DNA of 64,000 nucleotides from Chlamydiales bacterium (GTDB lineage Bacteria; Chlamydiota; Chlamydiia; Chlamydiales; JAJFMA01): NCBI GenBank assembly GCA_030679955.1, contig JAUXSF010000026.1, positions 20,428 to 84,427 of the forward strand, read 5' to 3'. Shown piece by piece: positions 62,302 to 64,000 of this stretch (position 1 is its first letter; each line of letters starts with the position of its first letter). The notes under the pieces were generated by a model. It saw only the letters and a program-made list of their open reading frames with translations, ran no database searches and was not told where the DNA came from. The position numbers and the translations under genes were made by a program.

Positions 62302-62340
62302 TGATCACCGCGTCCGAAGCAAAATTAGTGGAGAACTATA

Positions 62341-62697
62341 ATGACTAGAGCAACAAACTCAGTCGCAAGACATCGCCGTAAGAAAAGACTGATGAAGCTC
62401 GCTAAGGGCTTTGTTGGAGATAGAAAGAATCACCTACGTCTGACCAAAGACGCGGTGATGAAAGCTATGGCCTTTAATTACGAGCACCGCAAGCAGAATA
62501 AGCGCAACTTCCGCCAATTGTGGATTACACGTATTGGCATCGCTTCCAAGATCAACGGCATTTCCTACAGCAAATTTATGTTTGGATTGAAGAAAGCCGG
62601 TTGCATTTTGGATCGTAAAATGTTGGCTGACATGGCAATACGCGACCCTAGCAGCTTTGCTGCGGTTGTGGGACAGGCCAAAGCGGCGCTCGCATAG
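62341..62697 (+). CDS. rplT: 50S ribosomal protein L20
   Basis: MTRATNSVARHRRKKRLMKLAKGFVGDRKN...NFRQLWITRIGIA... is canonical L20, 118 aa. Confidence 0.95.
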   Translation: MTRATNSVARHRRKKRLMKLAKGFVGDRKNHLRLTKDAVMKAMAFNYEHRKQNKRNFRQLWITRIGIASKINGISYSKFMFGLKKAGCILDRKMLADMAIRDPSSFAAVVGQAKAALA

Positions 62698-62736
62698 GTT
62701 TTTAGCTCGGCAATTGTCGAGACTGCAAGAGTTACG

Positions 62737-62777
62737 AACAGAACCTGAGCAAAGCGCCTGGGTTCTGTTTTTCGTTT
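62737..62777 (+). terminator. candidate intrinsic terminator after rplT
   Basis: AACAGAACC (62737-62745) pairs with GGTTCTGTT (62761-62769), followed by TTTCGTTT. The loop is 15 nt. Confidence 0.5.
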
Positions 62778-62811
62778 CACGCGTAGAGGGTTAAGGGGAG
62801 TATAAACCACT

Positions 62812-63840
62812 GTGCAAGAAAACATCGCCGCGATACGTCAGGCGTTTCAGGATGAACTGCAAACAGCGACAACAACCGCTGCTGTGGAAGCCATTCAGGT
62901 TAAATTCCTCGGGCGCAAAGGTCCCATACAAGCCTTAATGAAAGAGCTTCGTGATGTGCCATCTGACCAACGTCCGCAAGTTGGTAAGGACATTAACGAC
63001 CTCAGAGATTATCTACAGCAAGCTTCCGAACAAGCGATGAGCTCCTTACGTGGTCAAGAGACCAATAAGCAGCTTCAAGAAGAAGTCTTGGACATCACTC
63101 TACCTGGTAAAAGAGGTTTTCAAGGGTGTAAGCACGTCGTTCACAGTGTCATGGACGAAATCATCGACGCATTAGTCAGCATGGGTTTTTCCATTCAAGA
63201 TGGCCCAGAGATTGAGACAGATTATTACAATTTCGAAGCGTTGAATTTCCCTCCCGATCACCCTGCTAGGGACATGCAAGATACCTTTTATGTTGCGCCG
63301 GATGTAGTGCTTCGCACACATACTAGCAACATACAAGTTCGCGTTATGGAGAGCACTAAGCCGCCTATACGCATTATTGCTCCGGGCCGTTGTTACCGTA
63401 ACGAGGCAGTTTCTGCACGGCACCACGTCTTTTTTCATCAAGTTGAAGCCGTTTACATCGATAAAGGCGTGACCTTTTCACACCTGTTGTCAACACTAGA
63501 AGACTTTTTGCAAAAAGTTTTCGGCCACGACGTTGTCGTACGCTTTCGACCAAGTTTCTTTCCTTTCGTCGAGCCTGGCATGGAAGTAGATATCCGTTGC
63601 TCACTATGCCAAGGACAAGGTTGCTCGATGTGCAAACATTCTGGTTGGCTAGAAGTTCTAGGCGCCGGCATGGTTCATCCCGATGTTCTTAAAAATGGCG
63701 GCATCGATCCCGAAGAGTACTCAGGCTTCGCCTGGGGGCTAGGTGTTGAGCGTATCGCCAACCTCAAGTATCACATTAACGACATTCGCCTCTTTAGCGA
63801 AAATGACATCAGATTTTTACAACAATTCCAAGCGATATAA
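62812..63840 (+). CDS. pheS: phenylalanine--tRNA ligase alpha subunit
   Basis: HPARDMQDTFY, class II motifs FRPSFFPFVEPGMEVDI and GWLEVLGAGMVHP, and FAWGLGVERI. GTG start at 62812 follows AAGGGGAG. Confidence 0.9.
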   Translation: MQENIAAIRQAFQDELQTATTTAAVEAIQVKFLGRKGPIQALMKELRDVPSDQRPQVGKDINDLRDYLQQASEQAMSSLRGQETNKQLQEEVLDITLPGKRGFQGCKHVVHSVMDEIIDALVSMGFSIQDGPEIETDYYNFEALNFPPDHPARDMQDTFYVAPDVVLRTHTSNIQVRVMESTKPPIRIIAPGRCYRNEAVSARHHVFFHQVEAVYIDKGVTFSHLLSTLEDFLQKVFGHDVVVRFRPSFFPFVEPGMEVDIRCSLCQGQGCSMCKHSGWLEVLGAGMVHPDVLKNGGIDPEEYSGFAWGLGVERIANLKYHINDIRLFSENDIRFLQQFQAI

Positions 63841-63905
63841 TCACGCAGTTTAGGTTGTTTCCTGACATTTCTGTTTAGCTCGTGATTTATTTAGGTTGAG
63901 ATAAC

Positions 63906-64000
63906 ATGACACAGAACTTTCACCAAGGGCAGGCGCTACCGGTCGGCGCTCCTGACCACGTAAAAGCTAAGCCATCCGGCATGAAGTGGCCGCCATTCAT
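63906..64000 (+). CDS. possible 5' end of a gene running off the right edge
   Basis: ATG at 63906 opens MTQNFHQGQALPVGAPDHVKAKPSGMKWPPF with no stop to the window end. It is too short to classify. Confidence 0.3.
   Translation, partial: MTQNFHQGQALPVGAPDHVKAKPSGMKWPPF

Overview
This 64-kb chromosomal segment most likely comes from a chlamydia-like (phylum Chlamydiae) bacterium. That is an inference from three things: a fused alpha-beta glycyl-tRNA synthetase (glyQS), ssb-pepA synteny, and many orphan membrane or coiled-coil proteins with strong Shine-Dalgarno sites. No database search was possible. I support about 52 CDS (two truncated at the window edges) and one tRNA-Val(GAC). I saw no rRNA, CRISPR array, transposase or integrase. 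Recognisable housekeeping genes are ssb, pepA, holA, rsmI, proC, hemW, tag, recD2, dnaG, glyQS, rlmN, uvrC, infC-rpmI-rplT-pheS, a fadD-thiolase-fadB beta-oxidation operon and an NfeD-flotillin pair. These alternate with accessory blocks of orphan secreted, membrane and coiled-coil proteins, several in paralogous pairs, plus a GH18 chitinase and an HKD phospholipase D. At least four families of palindromic repeat elements (here called A-D) sit in intergenic regions, mostly just after stop codons or between convergent genes. One of them is a roughly 310-bp nested-palindrome, MITE-like element. The observations most worth follow-up are: (1) a ThrRS-derived protein in the ancestral thrS slot, upstream of infC, that has lost the TGS domain, the editing histidines, all three zinc ligands and the motif-2 arginine, yet remains an intact ORF of about 548 codons; (2) two tandem 6-TM paralogs whose SGH...FHTxxE motif pair and spacing resemble eukaryotic FIT/PAP2-type lipid phosphatases; (3) an aspartate-semialdehyde-dehydrogenase-like protein lacking the catalytic Cys and His; (4) a protein with a YopJ/clan-CE-like H...Q-x5-C signature; (5) a compact spsF-neuB-Nudix nonulosonic-acid module; (6) a 1048-aa coiled-coil protein with an Arg/Ser-rich, NLS-like segment. 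All homology statements come from by-eye motif comparison with remembered family consensus sequences and need computational confirmation.
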